Notes: a model not told the origin generated them from the sequence alone. Numbered from the stretch's first letter, positions 12,601 to 24,684 are shown. The stretch is 64,000 nucleotides of DNA from Setoptus koraiensis (GCA_048013815.1 CM106586.1:16182001-16246000); one strand, 5' to 3'. Program-made: numbers and translations.

Positions 12601-15600
12601 CGTAGATTTGTCTCTTTGTGAATGAGAACACCCTCCAAACATAAAACAAGTAGCCCGTGGCGGGAAACAGCACCCTACCCTCGACAGTGTGCCCGACGAG
12701 ATACTTGTCCCTCTCTTGCACCAATTCTATGGGTAGTTCCGATTTGGCCGACGATTTACCAAATTGGTCGGGATATTTTGGTACAAACATGGTATCTGAA
12801 TGGTCCCATTGTATGAGCGAGCTAAGCGAAGGCACTTGGCGCCGAACAGGAAACTGCACCGACGGATACAGGTCACTGTGCAACAGATCAACTGTGAGGC
12901 CAGCCTGGAATAGGCTGCCAATGCCAGAGAATAATGTTAAATTTGCATTTTGGGCATCGTCGCGTTTCATCAGCTTCACATAAGCCAGCTTGTCTGGGCC
13001 CATCAGCGATCGCAATATGGGCTCGAACAGTCCGTGAGGTCCGATCTCTATGACAATGGAATCTTCATCGATTGTTGCAACGGCCTGGCGAAATTCCACT
13101 CTCTCGCACAGATTGCTTGCGAAATATTCGGCATTTGCAATTATATTGTTCTGTTCTCGTGGGCCCGAAACGACACTCGATATCCATTTGCCGCTGCGGA
13201 GCTGACTGTAGTCTGTGCCCGCGAACAACAACTTGCGAACTGATTGCACCAACTTGTTCCTTATGTCGCTCCCCATTATGTGAGGATTATGGAGGCCGTA
13301 CTCAACATTGAGCCTCGTGAACTGGATGCCCGTGTTGCCCGGTTGCCGCTCAACAAATCCGACAAACTCGTCCACTTGTTGCCGTGTGCCCGATATGGTG
13401 GCCCATTGGGGCCCGTTGTCGCAGCCTATGTACAATGTTTTAGGCGATTGGGGTTGCTGCTCGTTGCTTGCATAGAATTTGTTGATCCAATTTTGAAGCT
13501 CCTCAGAGCCTCTGTTTATGGCGACCATTGAGCCGGCAATGGAGTCGCCATTGGCCAGCAGTGTGCTAGACAGGTAGTAGGCCAGAAGGATGGTCTCGCG
13601 TTCGTCAAGTATTCCGTCGGCATACGCGCACGCTATTTCGCCAAGAGAGTGTCCAATAATGGCCCCAGTTGGCACAATATTCAGGCTTGATTTTAACAGA
13701 TTTGTCAATGCTATTTGCATGGCGGTCACGCCAACAAACGTGTCCACTATGGAAAATTTGGTGTCTTTTTCGGTGAGCGTCTCTATCAGATCAAATTCAA
13801 ACGGTTCCAAAATGGCGTTGAGTCTCTCTATGGTGCACCAAAACGAGGGGCATTGCTGCAACTGCTTGCCCATACCATTCCAGGCGCAACCCAAGCCAGG
13901 GTACACGAAGTAACACGATTTCTGTTTGGCCTCTTGAAAATGGTGCTGGGGTCGGCCCAAATCGAGCGCTTTTTCGCCGCTGGCCTCAGGTGGTCGCATA
14001 TTGCACGCCTTCACCGACCTGTAGAGCTCCGTTTGAGTTGTCAGATCAACAATTAGGACGCCCCTGTAGCGCATGAGTCTGTCAATGGGGCCAGAGGAAA
14101 GCGAATCGACCAGCGCGAGAAAATCTCTCGTCAGCGTTCTACTTTTCATATCGTCGCTCAAAATGGAATTAAAGAAATGTTGAACTTTGTCCTCTGTTCG
14201 TCCGAACATACAAATCAGGCGCCACTGTTCCTCGAATCGGCAACAATCCGTTTCCTCGGCAACGGGCCTAACTACGTCTCTGGCGTTTGCACGGAATATT
14301 CCGTGCACATTGGCCCCACCGAAGCCGTAACAACTCATGGGTATTATCTTGGAGCGCAACGGTTTATTCTCTAGAACCACCTGTAAGCGGCCGTCCATAA
14401 GTGACTCAATGGTGGGATTTGGCTTCATAAAATGCAAACTCTTGTATATGATCTCGTTCTCTAGCATCAATATTACCTTGGCCAGCGAGCACAGTCCCGA
14501 CGCTCCCTCCGAGTGGCCCATGTTTGTTTTGATGCTGCCCACCATGAGGGGCCCCACGGTGCGCTCATTGCGTTCGTCTGCGGGATAATAGACCTCTGAG
14601 ATGGCCTTGGCCTCTTGCGGGTCGCCCGCGGGCGTTCCAGTTCCGTGCGCCTCTAGATATTCGACGTGATTTGTGTGCAAATTGGCCTGTTCTTTGCACA
14701 CTCTTATCAGGTGTTCTTGCGAGCTGGCCGACGGAAACGTGATGCCTTCCTTCTTGAAGCCGTCAACGTTACATTGGCTATTTATGATGGAGGTGTAATT
14801 ACGCAGCGCCAACGGTTTTCGTTGCAGCAACACCGACACGCATGCCTCGCTTTTGACGTAACCGTCGGCTCGTGAATCGAGAAAACGCGAATATCCGCTT
14901 GTGGATAACATTTGCATCTGTAGGAATATAAACGAGTTTATTGGATGTATTGATATGTTAGTTCCGCACACAATGGCCTGATCAACGAGGCCCAGCTGAA
15001 TGCTAGCAACGGCATTGTGCAGCGCAACAAATGCCGAGGCGCAAGCCGCATCGTAGGTGCTGACGTGACCCCTGAAACCAAAATATTGAGCGGTCTTTAT
15101 GGCCAGTTGACTATAGTAGCCGCTGCCCTTGAATGCGATATCCTCTGCAACGGCATTCTCAAACTCGCTGGTGTGCAAGCCCAAAAAGAGGCCAGTTTTG
15201 GAGCCTCGCAACGATGCCGGATTGATACCTGAGAGATTATGAGAGAAGCGGGGAATCGTCTAGATTTAGTTCTTTTGTCTCGCTCGACTGCAGCTCGCTT
15301 GGGCACAGCGAGGCCCCATCAATGTTACTGTATGTTGTCGGATTACTGTCGTATGGCAACTCACCTGCGTCCACAATGGACTCGTAGATGACCTCGTAAA
15401 GGATTCGCAATTGGTGCTCAGTGAGATCGGCCGTTTCTTTGCTGTAGCCAAAGAATTCGTAATCGAAGCGCGAAATATCCTTTATGCGGCCAGCTCTGCG
15501 GGGCAGATCCCACAAGCCCAGCGGGTAGCGCTTGTCGTCTGGATCGGCCACCATATCGATGCCTTCATTTAGATTGTGCTGAAATTCATTCATGTTGTCT

Positions 15601-15845
15601 GAAGCGGGAAAGCGGCCCGCAATACCGGATACCACGACCCCACTGTCAGCAATATCCATCGGATCTGCTGCTACATGGCCACTGCCAATGATATTAGCAC
15701 GTGCCTCACTGGCCTCACTGGCAAGCTTGCTCGTGGCGCCTGAGTTGCTGCTGTCTTGTTGCTGCTGCTGGTCAGTTCTTTGTTGGTTGTGGCTGCTGTT
15801 TGTTGAGGCCTGATCGCACTGATTTTGCTGCTTGTTTGCTGACAT
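6653..15845 (-). CDS. FASN: Animal type I fatty acid synthase or FAS-like megasynthase (KS-MAT-DH-pseudoMT-ER-KR-ACP-TE); 3 exons (15845-15365, 15228-6860, 6763-6653)
   Basis: KS SGIAGRFP, DAAC, EAHGTGT, NMGHSEG; MAT GHSLGE; DH HTVEGRVLFPATGY; ER LIHAGSGGVGQAAI; KR GGLGGFG and GQSNYGYAN; ACP LGLDSLM; TE GYSFG, with the catalytic His (EGNHES) in the last exon. Introns 15364-15229 and 6859-6764 are canonical and restore frame. Orthology to canonical FASN is unproven. Confidence 0.96.
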
Positions 15846-18800
15846 TGTTGTTGTTGTTGTTGTTGTGTAGCGTTGATACCTTTCTGATCTGGTTAGTGTC
15901 TTATGGGCACATCACAGTTGTTTTCAAATGGAAATGGGACCATATCCCGCATGACGTAACTTTGTTGTGAGTTGACACTTGAGATATATACTAATTATTA
16001 ATGTACTCGATTGCGCTGAATATATCCCGTTGCATAAAAATTGGCATAAAACGATTTCAGCCAAACTGATTGTTTATATACAAACGCTGTTGTTGTTCAC
16101 AGAAGGAATCTTAAAACTAAACTGGAAACAAGTCAGTTGGGTCTGCATCGGACGGCACAACGCAAGTCACAACTGACGATGATACTTGTGCAATTAGACC
16201 CATTCAATGCCAATGAATATAATCGCTGGCACCAAGTTTTATCAAAAACTCTGTAGCAAGTAGACTAAAGAAGAGTTACTTCACTTTCACTTTCGCATTC
16301 GCATTCACGTTCACGTTCACGATAGTTCACGACTCAAAGTTACTTCGAACACAAGTTGCATACACGAAAATGTTGCAAAAGTTGCAAAGTCTCTCTCTTA
16401 TTAATCTTATCAGCAATCGAAATCAACTCATTCTGTCCTAATAGCACAGCTGATAAACAAGCTAATTAGTGTAATTTTGGAATAATTAATTAGATTAGAT
16501 AGTGTCTATAAGGGAGCATTGCAGTTGCAGTAGCAATGGTGGTTGCGGTGGTGGTGGTGGTGGTGGTAAAAGTAAACAATTATCATTATAAAAGTTGTCC
16601 GTGAGCAACAACAATGCAATAGAGATTTACGAACTTGACAAGTTGATTGTGTTAAGCTAAATCGGAGAAGCTCTTCTTATGGCAACAAGAAATACGAGAG
16701 AGAAATAGCAGGCAGGCCAGAAATAATATATTGAGCAATCGACGTAACATCTTATGTTGATTTACGGCTATTGACAGGTTATTATGCAGATTTTGGCGCT
16801 GTTGCAGCCAAGTTCAATAAAACAATTAATTGAAACAACTATCAACTTATTTTATAGATATAACCCAGCAACACAATTTGGCAGCAAATTAACTTAGTTA
16901 GTCGATAAGTGAGTTGGCGAAGGTTGCGAAGCCTCGATTAGCGCGTCGACCGGCGACGACGACGAAGATGGTAACTGAGACATGTTATAATGTAAGAATA
17001 ACAAGCAGCTCGCATTAGCAGCATGATGATGATGAAAACTAATCCTTGATTACAAGTTTGGATAAAAGTTTAGTACTTGTTAGGTGCTTCTGGGTGCATT
17101 CTATCAGTTAGTCAGTGTCGTTAGTTCTTATACAAACGACGTGGTCTTTCGTTCTTACGTATCGCTCAACTCGTCTGCTTATTTTCGAGGCATCCCAACA
17201 AACCGACTAAATTGATTGATTAAGTGGCACATATACAGGTAGACAGGCAGGCATACAGATAGAGTTAATTCAAGGTGACGTAATTTAGAGTAAGATAAGC
17301 AACAAACAAACAGTAGTTATTTTAGCTCGTTATGAATACTAATCATGCCCGACTCTGTGTTGGGACTGTTGCACTTATTTCTGGGCTAGTTCCCATGTCC
17401 CAAGCTAAAAGCGCAAAACCGACTAAACGACGAAAGGCAAACCAAACAGCCTTGTGTCATTATTGAGGATTTACTAACTGCAACAGCATGTTTGGATCGC
17501 GCTGAAGCAAATTGATGAGCCTCTCAATTGATCAATTCAGACTCACTTTATGCTACTTTTAACGTGTGACTTTTATATTATTGTCTCTCATTGTTGTTCA
17601 TGTGCTATGATGTCTTCAATAGGAAAAATTAAAAATGCTTATGGCAAGACATATGGTTAATGTTCATTAGTGTTTGGGTGTTTGATAAACAGTACTGACT
17701 AGCGAGATAGTAAATGAAAAGTCGTTGACAAAAGTCCCATATTCTCATTTGATTCCTCTTGCATGGCACGGGATGATTGTTGAAACTAGTCGAGCATCGT
17801 TTTTGCTTACTGCTCCAATCTTTCAAGTTGCAGCAATGCCTAGAATGTTTCGTAAAAACATGTTGATTCAAGCATAACGACGCCATCATCCAAATAATAA
17901 TTTTGAACTAAAACACACACACACACATACAAATCGCACAACCTGTTGACTTGTTGTCTTGATAAAGGGATAATCTTATTCTTGATGTCCTAATAAACAT
18001 TTCGGCATCAACGGGGAAAGGAAAAGAAATCCCTTTAGATTGTTTCTCACAAAACTGGTTATACAATATTGGATGAATGCAACACGTGATGAGAAGCAGT
18101 TCCAATTGAACAGCCACAAACTCCGCCAAACAATCGGGTAATTTCCATATCGAGCCTTACCATCTATCCACATCTATTTGTGTTATCTGCCTATGCATTA
18201 TCATTATTATTATTATATTTGCTGTCTCGCTTATTCATTTCAATTGAAATTGTTTTGTCGGAGAGCATCGCTCGGCGACAATGTCAATATCAGCTCCATA
18301 AAGAGCTTAGTTAGGCCCGACAGTCGGATTTACGAGTGACCTTCAGCGAAATGATTGTTCCATATCATCGCGCTTTCCATTTCATTTTGATCGTTTGCTG
18401 CGAAACGAAATCTGAGAATGAGAGTGAAAGTGAAAGTCTCTTTTACCATCAAACACGAGGCATGATCGTTATGCGTTATGGCGAGCTCGTGGGCCGTTTT
18501 CTCGCCTATCGACGAACGCGAGCCAACTGCTGTCCACATTGATGCCGACAAGTCATCGCTTGACCTCACCTTTGAGAAATTTTCAAATTCGTCAATAAAC
18601 TGAGGCGAGCGCAAACAGAGAAGTGAGTCAAGTTTATTCAACTTGTCATGGTCAACACTCGTTGAGCTTTATGAGCTAGCGTTTATCATGCAACTCTCGG
18701 CACCATGTATCTCTAATGGCTAAAGCCTCCAATTGCCGGCTCATGTGCATTGTCTGATTGTAAAAGAAACTAATTATCCAAATAATCTCTCTCGACATCT

Positions 18801-19533
18801 CGACATCTCGAAGCGTGGTACTGCCGAAACCACGATACACTCACTTCATCAAACGTTTGCCATAACTCTCTGCATTATTATTTAAATCTAACAATTGCAA
18901 AACAAATGGAATTTTATTGCCTCATGTCAAGCTATGTGTGTATCACGTGAAGATTAAAATTAAATAGCTGCACATATTACATTGTCAAGGCTGATGCGTT
19001 CTAATTGCCGAACCATCATTAGCTTCCGTATGTGTGTGTTTGGTGAACCTGTTCGTTCGGAAATTAATTAATGTATCATAATCCGTTTGTTTTTATGATC
19101 TCTCTGTTAGGTATTGTGTAAGCGATTCGCACCATGTCAAGCGTAAACATGATGATCATTGCGTGAAACAATGACTGATTTTTTTTTGCAATTCAAAGTG
19201 ACATCGCAAAAATAAACTCTTTTAGCACTTTTGCATTCCGTCTGCCGTGCTACACCGGTTTGTCTAGACACACAGGCGCCATATCAATCGATGAGAGTAT
19301 AAGAAGGGCCTACAATTTGTTACTTTTGTGCCATATGAAACATTGTAACAACATAATTGTAGTCGCCAACCCTCAGGCAATGCTAATGTGTTAACTGCCA
19401 TCTAAAGGCACCAATTGTCAGCGTCAGATACACACAGCAGGCAAAACTATAGTTAGTGTCTTGTGTATAAGAAGATAGACACACAAAATAAAAATTTTCA
19501 AGTAGTAAAACAAGTAGCAACAATATCTGCAAA

Positions 19534-21348
19534 ATGATCTTTCGTTTGCATTATTTTCTATTCAATGCGGGCCTCAGCGCGATAACAATCATGCTGTCAG
19601 TGTTCCTCAAGCGTTACAGTGATGCCTCGCCGGCGGAAATAGGCACCCTACTGATGGTGTTGCCTTTCTTGTCTGTCATAACTAAGCCAGTTTTTTGTGC
19701 TCTGGCCGACAGACGTAGAGCTCATTTAGCTTTCCTGGTGGCCGGCTTAATTATATTGCTCTTGGGTTACGGTTCATTTATCATAATACCGTTCTTTCCG
19801 AAATTTGTCGAGCAACAAGGCCGAGCATGCTGGTATATATTGGTGATATTAACAATAATAGGCTACAATGCATTCGGTGTTATTTGGTCTCTTGGTGATG
19901 CAATGGTGGTTAATAAGTGCCATAGAACCAATCAAAAGTTTGGCATGTTCCGTTTGTGGGGAACGATATCTTGGGGTGTTTTCGGTTTTATTATTGGCCG
20001 AATAAATCAAGTGGACATGCTGCCAGATTATGTGCCGGCGTTCCTCGTCATGATAGTTGCTGTCCTCATTGAGATAGTGCTATTGTTGGTTTGGCCTTAC
20101 AAAGATGACTTCATCATGGGCGATTTACCCTCGTCACAAATGTCGTCCATTATTGAGAGTAACAATGAAAACAATTCAGAACCAGTTCCGGTGGCTCACC
20201 TGCCCAACAGCTTGAGCGGGTCGCTTAGATTGGAACACGAGGCTGTGGCGAGACTTGCCAATATGTTTGTCCAGGACATCAACAATACAATCTCTAGTCT
20301 CAAGTCTAATGCAAAAACGCGAACTAAATTGCCGATGGACTTAGAGAAATCGCCAACAAGCGGTTTCCAATATCCGAGCCAAACTCAAACGCAGGTACAA
20401 AATGCCGACGCACAATTGAACAAACAAATTCAAAAAGAAGCAGAGATCAATCAGACCAGTGCTAATTTCAATACAAATATAAGCATAGGTAGCAGGAAAA
20501 AGTATCCGCTGTATAGGACCTTGTCCACTGTCAATTACAAGCCGGAATGCTTGGATAAAAATGATTTGACGCCCAGCGATGATGGCGAATTGCCTATTGA
20601 GGACAAAGAGGATTTACAATTAGTGCTAATCAAGATGATAGTCAGTAGAGATGGAAAATTCTTGAAGTATTTCATAGTATTCATGGTCTTTGGCGCCTTG
20701 TTCAACATACACATGGCATTCTTCTTTTTACATTTAGAAGAACTGACATTAAAGGCGGGAATCTTCTCACAATTGTTGGGCTGGTGTACGGTGTCACAAT
20801 CTATCGCGGAGACTCTCTGCTTCATCATATCGCCTAAGATTGTTTCGGTAATGGGCCAAGACGGTGCTATCATATTTTGCCTCATCTTATTTGCGATACG
20901 ATTTTTCTTCAATGGACTATTCTACAGCGGATTGAATCCATACTTTTGTCTAATATTCGAACCAGGCCACGGAATCAGCTATGGTATCGCCTATTATATC
21001 GTCACAGACATCTCTCTGCATTTCACTCTACAGGTGGACCAGTTACTGCCTGAACTTATTGCGAGAAAACTTGTCGAGCCTGGCGTTGATGTCAATGGTG
21101 TAAAAAACGCTGTTCGCGCCACTATGCAAGGTATATTTAGTGGAGCTTTCGATGGCTTAGGGGCCGGTTTGGGGGCACTTCTCGCTGGCCTCATTCTCGA
21201 ACGAAAACATTACACCTATCTCTGGTGTCTCTGTGGGATACTGGCCACCGCAAGCGCCTGCATACAGCTTGCGCTAGCAATTGTGTCGCATTTCAAGAAA
21301 TCCGACAGAAATAAGACCAGTCAATCAGCTGGTCAACTATCTATCTAG
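19534..21348 (+). CDS. Major facilitator superfamily transporter, MFSD6-like, intronless, 604 aa
   Basis: Two bundles of hydrophobic helices around a long polar loop; KPVFCALADR, RLWGTISWG, HGISYG and FDGLGAGLGALLAG resemble the MFSD6/MFS_1_like family. Confidence 0.85.
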   Translation: MIFRLHYFLFNAGLSAITIMLSVFLKRYSDASPAEIGTLLMVLPFLSVITKPVFCALADRRRAHLAFLVAGLIILLLGYGSFIIIPFFPKFVEQQGRACWYILVILTIIGYNAFGVIWSLGDAMVVNKCHRTNQKFGMFRLWGTISWGVFGFIIGRINQVDMLPDYVPAFLVMIVAVLIEIVLLLVWPYKDDFIMGDLPSSQMSSIIESNNENNSEPVPVAHLPNSLSGSLRLEHEAVARLANMFVQDINNTISSLKSNAKTRTKLPMDLEKSPTSGFQYPSQTQTQVQNADAQLNKQIQKEAEINQTSANFNTNISIGSRKKYPLYRTLSTVNYKPECLDKNDLTPSDDGELPIEDKEDLQLVLIKMIVSRDGKFLKYFIVFMVFGALFNIHMAFFFLHLEELTLKAGIFSQLLGWCTVSQSIAETLCFIISPKIVSVMGQDGAIIFCLILFAIRFFFNGLFYSGLNPYFCLIFEPGHGISYGIAYYIVTDISLHFTLQVDQLLPELIARKLVEPGVDVNGVKNAVRATMQGIFSGAFDGLGAGLGALLAGLILERKHYTYLWCLCGILATASACIQLALAIVSHFKKSDRNKTSQSAGQLSI

Positions 21349-21666
21349 AAAGTGTAATATATAGTATAAGAAAGAATGCAAGGTATTGATGTAAGTGGCA
21401 CCAATAAGAGACTTGTAGGAAGAACGAATAAAAAAGTTTTCATTCGAAAGAATTCGTTCGAAGCGAGCGATCGCTCCGCAACACTAATACTCCAAATCTT
21501 TTCGAAAATCCCGCCTCGTTGTACGCAAACAAATGTCACATGCCTTGCGACTCGCAAGTTGCGAGCATTGCCCAGGCATTGATTTATTTATTATTATTAT
21601 TATTTGTTTATTTGTAAGATATATAAGAGATATCTCGGAAGATCGGAAAAACTAATCATTTGAGTC

Positions 21667-24600
21667 ATGTGGCGTAATCTTATGAAAGCCCCAAAGAGGA
21701 AGCTCTCCACGGAGGCGAAGAATGTGGCTCCACTTCAAGTAGGTGATATCATTCATGGTTATAAAGTAGAGAGGATCGACCATATCAAAGAACTCAACAT
21801 TAAACCCTACTTTCTTAGTCACTTGACGACAGGAGCCGAACATTTACATGTACAGCATGATAGTGATAGCAATAATGTATTCGCAGTATCTTTGCGAACC
21901 ACACCACAAAACTCAACCGGGGTTGCTCACATTCTAGAGCATTTGGCCCTATGTGGCTCAAAAAAATATGCCGTCCGCGATCCTTTCTTCAAAATGCTTA
22001 CAAGATCATTGGCAACATTCATGAATGCAATGACTGGCCCAGATTACACCGTTTATCCCTTCTCCACTCAAAATTGGCATGATTATGACAACCTGCTCAG
22101 CGTATATTTGGACAGCGTTTTCTTCCCACGATTGCGGCCGGTTGATTTTCGTCAAGAGGGTTGGCGTTTAGAATACGAACAACCAAATAAAGAAGATACA
22201 CCCATTGTTATCAAAGGAGTTGTTTACAACGAAATGAAAGGTTACTTCTCGAGTTCGGCGGCCATATATAGTCGCCGACTGCTAAACTCTTTATATCCTG
22301 ACAACACTTATCAATACGAGAGTGGTGGCGATCCTCAGGATATACCGAATCTGACACACGCAGAATTGAAAAAATTTCATCAGACCTACTATCACCCGAC
22401 CAATGCAAAATTCTTTACCTATGGTGACATACCTCTGGAAAAACATCTAAGCAAGATTAACGAATCAATAATGACAAAGTTCACTCACAATTCGTATTCT
22501 AAAGAGCAAAGTGAAATTCAGGAGCAGCAACCCTGGAAAACTTCCAGAGTAACCAATATTAGTTGCCCACCAGACCCCTTGAGCGCTGATCCCACTAGGC
22601 AGACCACCACTTCAATATCCTACATGTTGGGTGATATCAGGAATATGGAAGAAACATTTCTTCTTAGCGTGTTATCCTCACTTCTCATGGACGGACCTAA
22701 TTCTCCATTCTATCAAAGTTTAATTGAGTCAGGATTAGGCTCCGATTACAGTCCTTCGTCTGGTTTCGCTAATTATACTAAACAGCCTTATTTTTCTATT
22801 GGTCTCCAAGGTCTGTCCCATAGCGATGTCGAAAAGGTGCAAAACATAATTCAACAAACATTCGAGAAGGCATCTAAAGATGGATTCCCCGATGAGCGCA
22901 TTGAAGCAATACTGCATAGTATAGAACTAAGTACAAAACACATAAGCGGTAATTTCGGACTAAGAATTGCAATGTCTATCAATTCAGTGTGGAATCACGA
23001 CGGAGATGTAATCGACTCGCTTAAAGTCAATGAACAAGTCGAAATATTCAAGAACAAACTACGCATTGATAAACGTTACCTAAACAAAGCGATAGAAAAG
23101 TATTTTCTCTCAAATCCACACAAACTAACTCTCAATATGAGTCCTGAGGAAAAGTACCAAGAGAAACGTGCCAACAAAGAAAAGATGATGCTCGATGAAA
23201 AGATTTCTAAACTCAAAGATATTGATAGAAAAACTATCCTCTATGAAGGTATGGAGTTGGTCAAAATACAAAGTTCCAAGGAGGATACTTCAGTATTACC
23301 TTGCTTAAGCGTTTCCACTGATATACCCCGCCAACTTAAATATAAAACAAATCTCATGTTCGATACACACAAAGGCGTCAACATACAATTGTGTGAGCAA
23401 CCTACCAACGAAGTAGTGTATTTCAGGACATCTGCCGAAGTGGGCTCCAAATTAGATGATCAATTGATAGATTACCTGCCTTTATTTTGTGACGTGGTAA
23501 CAAAACTGGGCGCCGGAAATCTAGACCGTAAGAAATTCTCTCAGAAGATTCAGCTGACTACAGGGGGATTGGGTGCCTCATTCATGCTGAACCCTAGCTT
23601 ACACGAATTAGATAAATTTCAGCAGGATATACTACTTTCGTCTAGATGTCTGAAGCGAAATGTTCCTAAAATGTTTGAATTATGGGCTGACATATTCAAT
23701 GGAGTTCATTTTGAAGACAAGGACTACTTGCATCAACTCATCAAGGTTGCTGCATCTGAGTTAGCGGAGGGAGTTTCATTCAGTGGGAGGCAATATGCCA
23801 TGTTGCGCGCCTCATCGAAACTCTCAAGATTGACACGATTGCAAGAAAGACTCTCGGGCCTCTCACATGTCGCGAAATTGAAAGACATCGCCAGCAAGGA
23901 GCCGATAGATTCTGTGATTGAAAAATTGAAAGCAATATCAAGTATTGCTTTGAACCCATTCAGCCTCAAATGCTCACTCAACGCAGAACCTGAAGTCATC
24001 GATCAAGCTAGTCGAGAGCTGAGAAGTTTCCTAGATAAAATACAAAATACAAAAACACCTTCAAGCTCCCCGATCAAAAAATCAGAAAATAATTTTCATA
24101 TTGATGGAGATGATAGATCTCATGTGGGTTGGATGGTGCTGCCATTTAATACACATTTTGTGGGGAAGGCCCTCATGTCTGTACCAAAAATGCACAAGGA
24201 TTTCGCTAATCTGAGCATCCTTGCCAAATTAGTTTCTTCGAAATTTCTACTCAATGAAGTGCGTGAGAAAGGAGGTGCTTATGGCAGCGGAGCTCTCATG
24301 TCGACGACTGGCACGTTTCAGTATTTTAGTTATCGTGATCCACAACACATTAAAACCCTAGATACATTTAATAGATCTGTAAACTGGTTGTTGAAAGAAG
24401 AAAATTATACCGATCAAGATATAGATGAATCAAAGTTGGGTGTGTTCCAAGAGGTTGACAAACCAATAGATCCTGGATCTAGAGGCCTCTCTTTCTTTTT
24501 AACTGGAGAAAGTGACGACATGAGACAAGAGTTTAGAAATAATCTATTAGATGTGAAGAAAGCTGATATTGCAGCAATGGCCGCTAAATATCTTAAACAA

Positions 24601-24684
24601 GATAAGTTCGGTGCTTTCATATTAGGGCCTGAACCCATCAGTGAGATCTTCGAGAATGTCGAAAAAGTTGATATTGGGTTGTAA
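21667..24684 (+). CDS. PITRM1: Mitochondrial presequence protease (M16C), intronless, 1005 aa
   Basis: Inverted zinc motif HILEH (TGVAHILEHLALCGS), RDPFFKML, FMNAMT, GVVYNEMKG, REKGGAYG, YRDP; basic presequence-like N-terminus. Confidence 0.97.
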   Translation: MWRNLMKAPKRKLSTEAKNVAPLQVGDIIHGYKVERIDHIKELNIKPYFLSHLTTGAEHLHVQHDSDSNNVFAVSLRTTPQNSTGVAHILEHLALCGSKKYAVRDPFFKMLTRSLATFMNAMTGPDYTVYPFSTQNWHDYDNLLSVYLDSVFFPRLRPVDFRQEGWRLEYEQPNKEDTPIVIKGVVYNEMKGYFSSSAAIYSRRLLNSLYPDNTYQYESGGDPQDIPNLTHAELKKFHQTYYHPTNAKFFTYGDIPLEKHLSKINESIMTKFTHNSYSKEQSEIQEQQPWKTSRVTNISCPPDPLSADPTRQTTTSISYMLGDIRNMEETFLLSVLSSLLMDGPNSPFYQSLIESGLGSDYSPSSGFANYTKQPYFSIGLQGLSHSDVEKVQNIIQQTFEKASKDGFPDERIEAILHSIELSTKHISGNFGLRIAMSINSVWNHDGDVIDSLKVNEQVEIFKNKLRIDKRYLNKAIEKYFLSNPHKLTLNMSPEEKYQEKRANKEKMMLDEKISKLKDIDRKTILYEGMELVKIQSSKEDTSVLPCLSVSTDIPRQLKYKTNLMFDTHKGVNIQLCEQPTNEVVYFRTSAEVGSKLDDQLIDYLPLFCDVVTKLGAGNLDRKKFSQKIQLTTGGLGASFMLNPSLHELDKFQQDILLSSRCLKRNVPKMFELWADIFNGVHFEDKDYLHQLIKVAASELAEGVSFSGRQYAMLRASSKLSRLTRLQERLSGLSHVAKLKDIASKEPIDSVIEKLKAISSIALNPFSLKCSLNAEPEVIDQASRELRSFLDKIQNTKTPSSSPIKKSENNFHIDGDDRSHVGWMVLPFNTHFVGKALMSVPKMHKDFANLSILAKLVSSKFLLNEVREKGGAYGSGALMSTTGTFQYFSYRDPQHIKTLDTFNRSVNWLLKEENYTDQDIDESKLGVFQEVDKPIDPGSRGLSFFLTGESDDMRQEFRNNLLDVKKADIAAMAAKYLKQDKFGAFILGPEPISEIFENVEKVDIGL

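Noticed and set aside
15211-15365. Apparent frameshift or pseudogenisation splitting the FAS KS into two ORFs
   Set aside because: A canonical 136-nt GT-AG intron (15364-15229) restores DAG|INPASLRGS in frame.
6653-15845. Horizontally acquired bacterial or fungal PKS
   Set aside because: Spliceosomal introns, animal FAS domain order with a terminal TE, animal-type ER/KR/ACP motifs and host-like poly-Q inserts all point to an animal origin.
7763-15970. Many plus-strand ORFs of 60-184 aa overlapping FAS
   Set aside because: These are antisense shadows of a GC-rich coding sequence, with no motifs or splice support.
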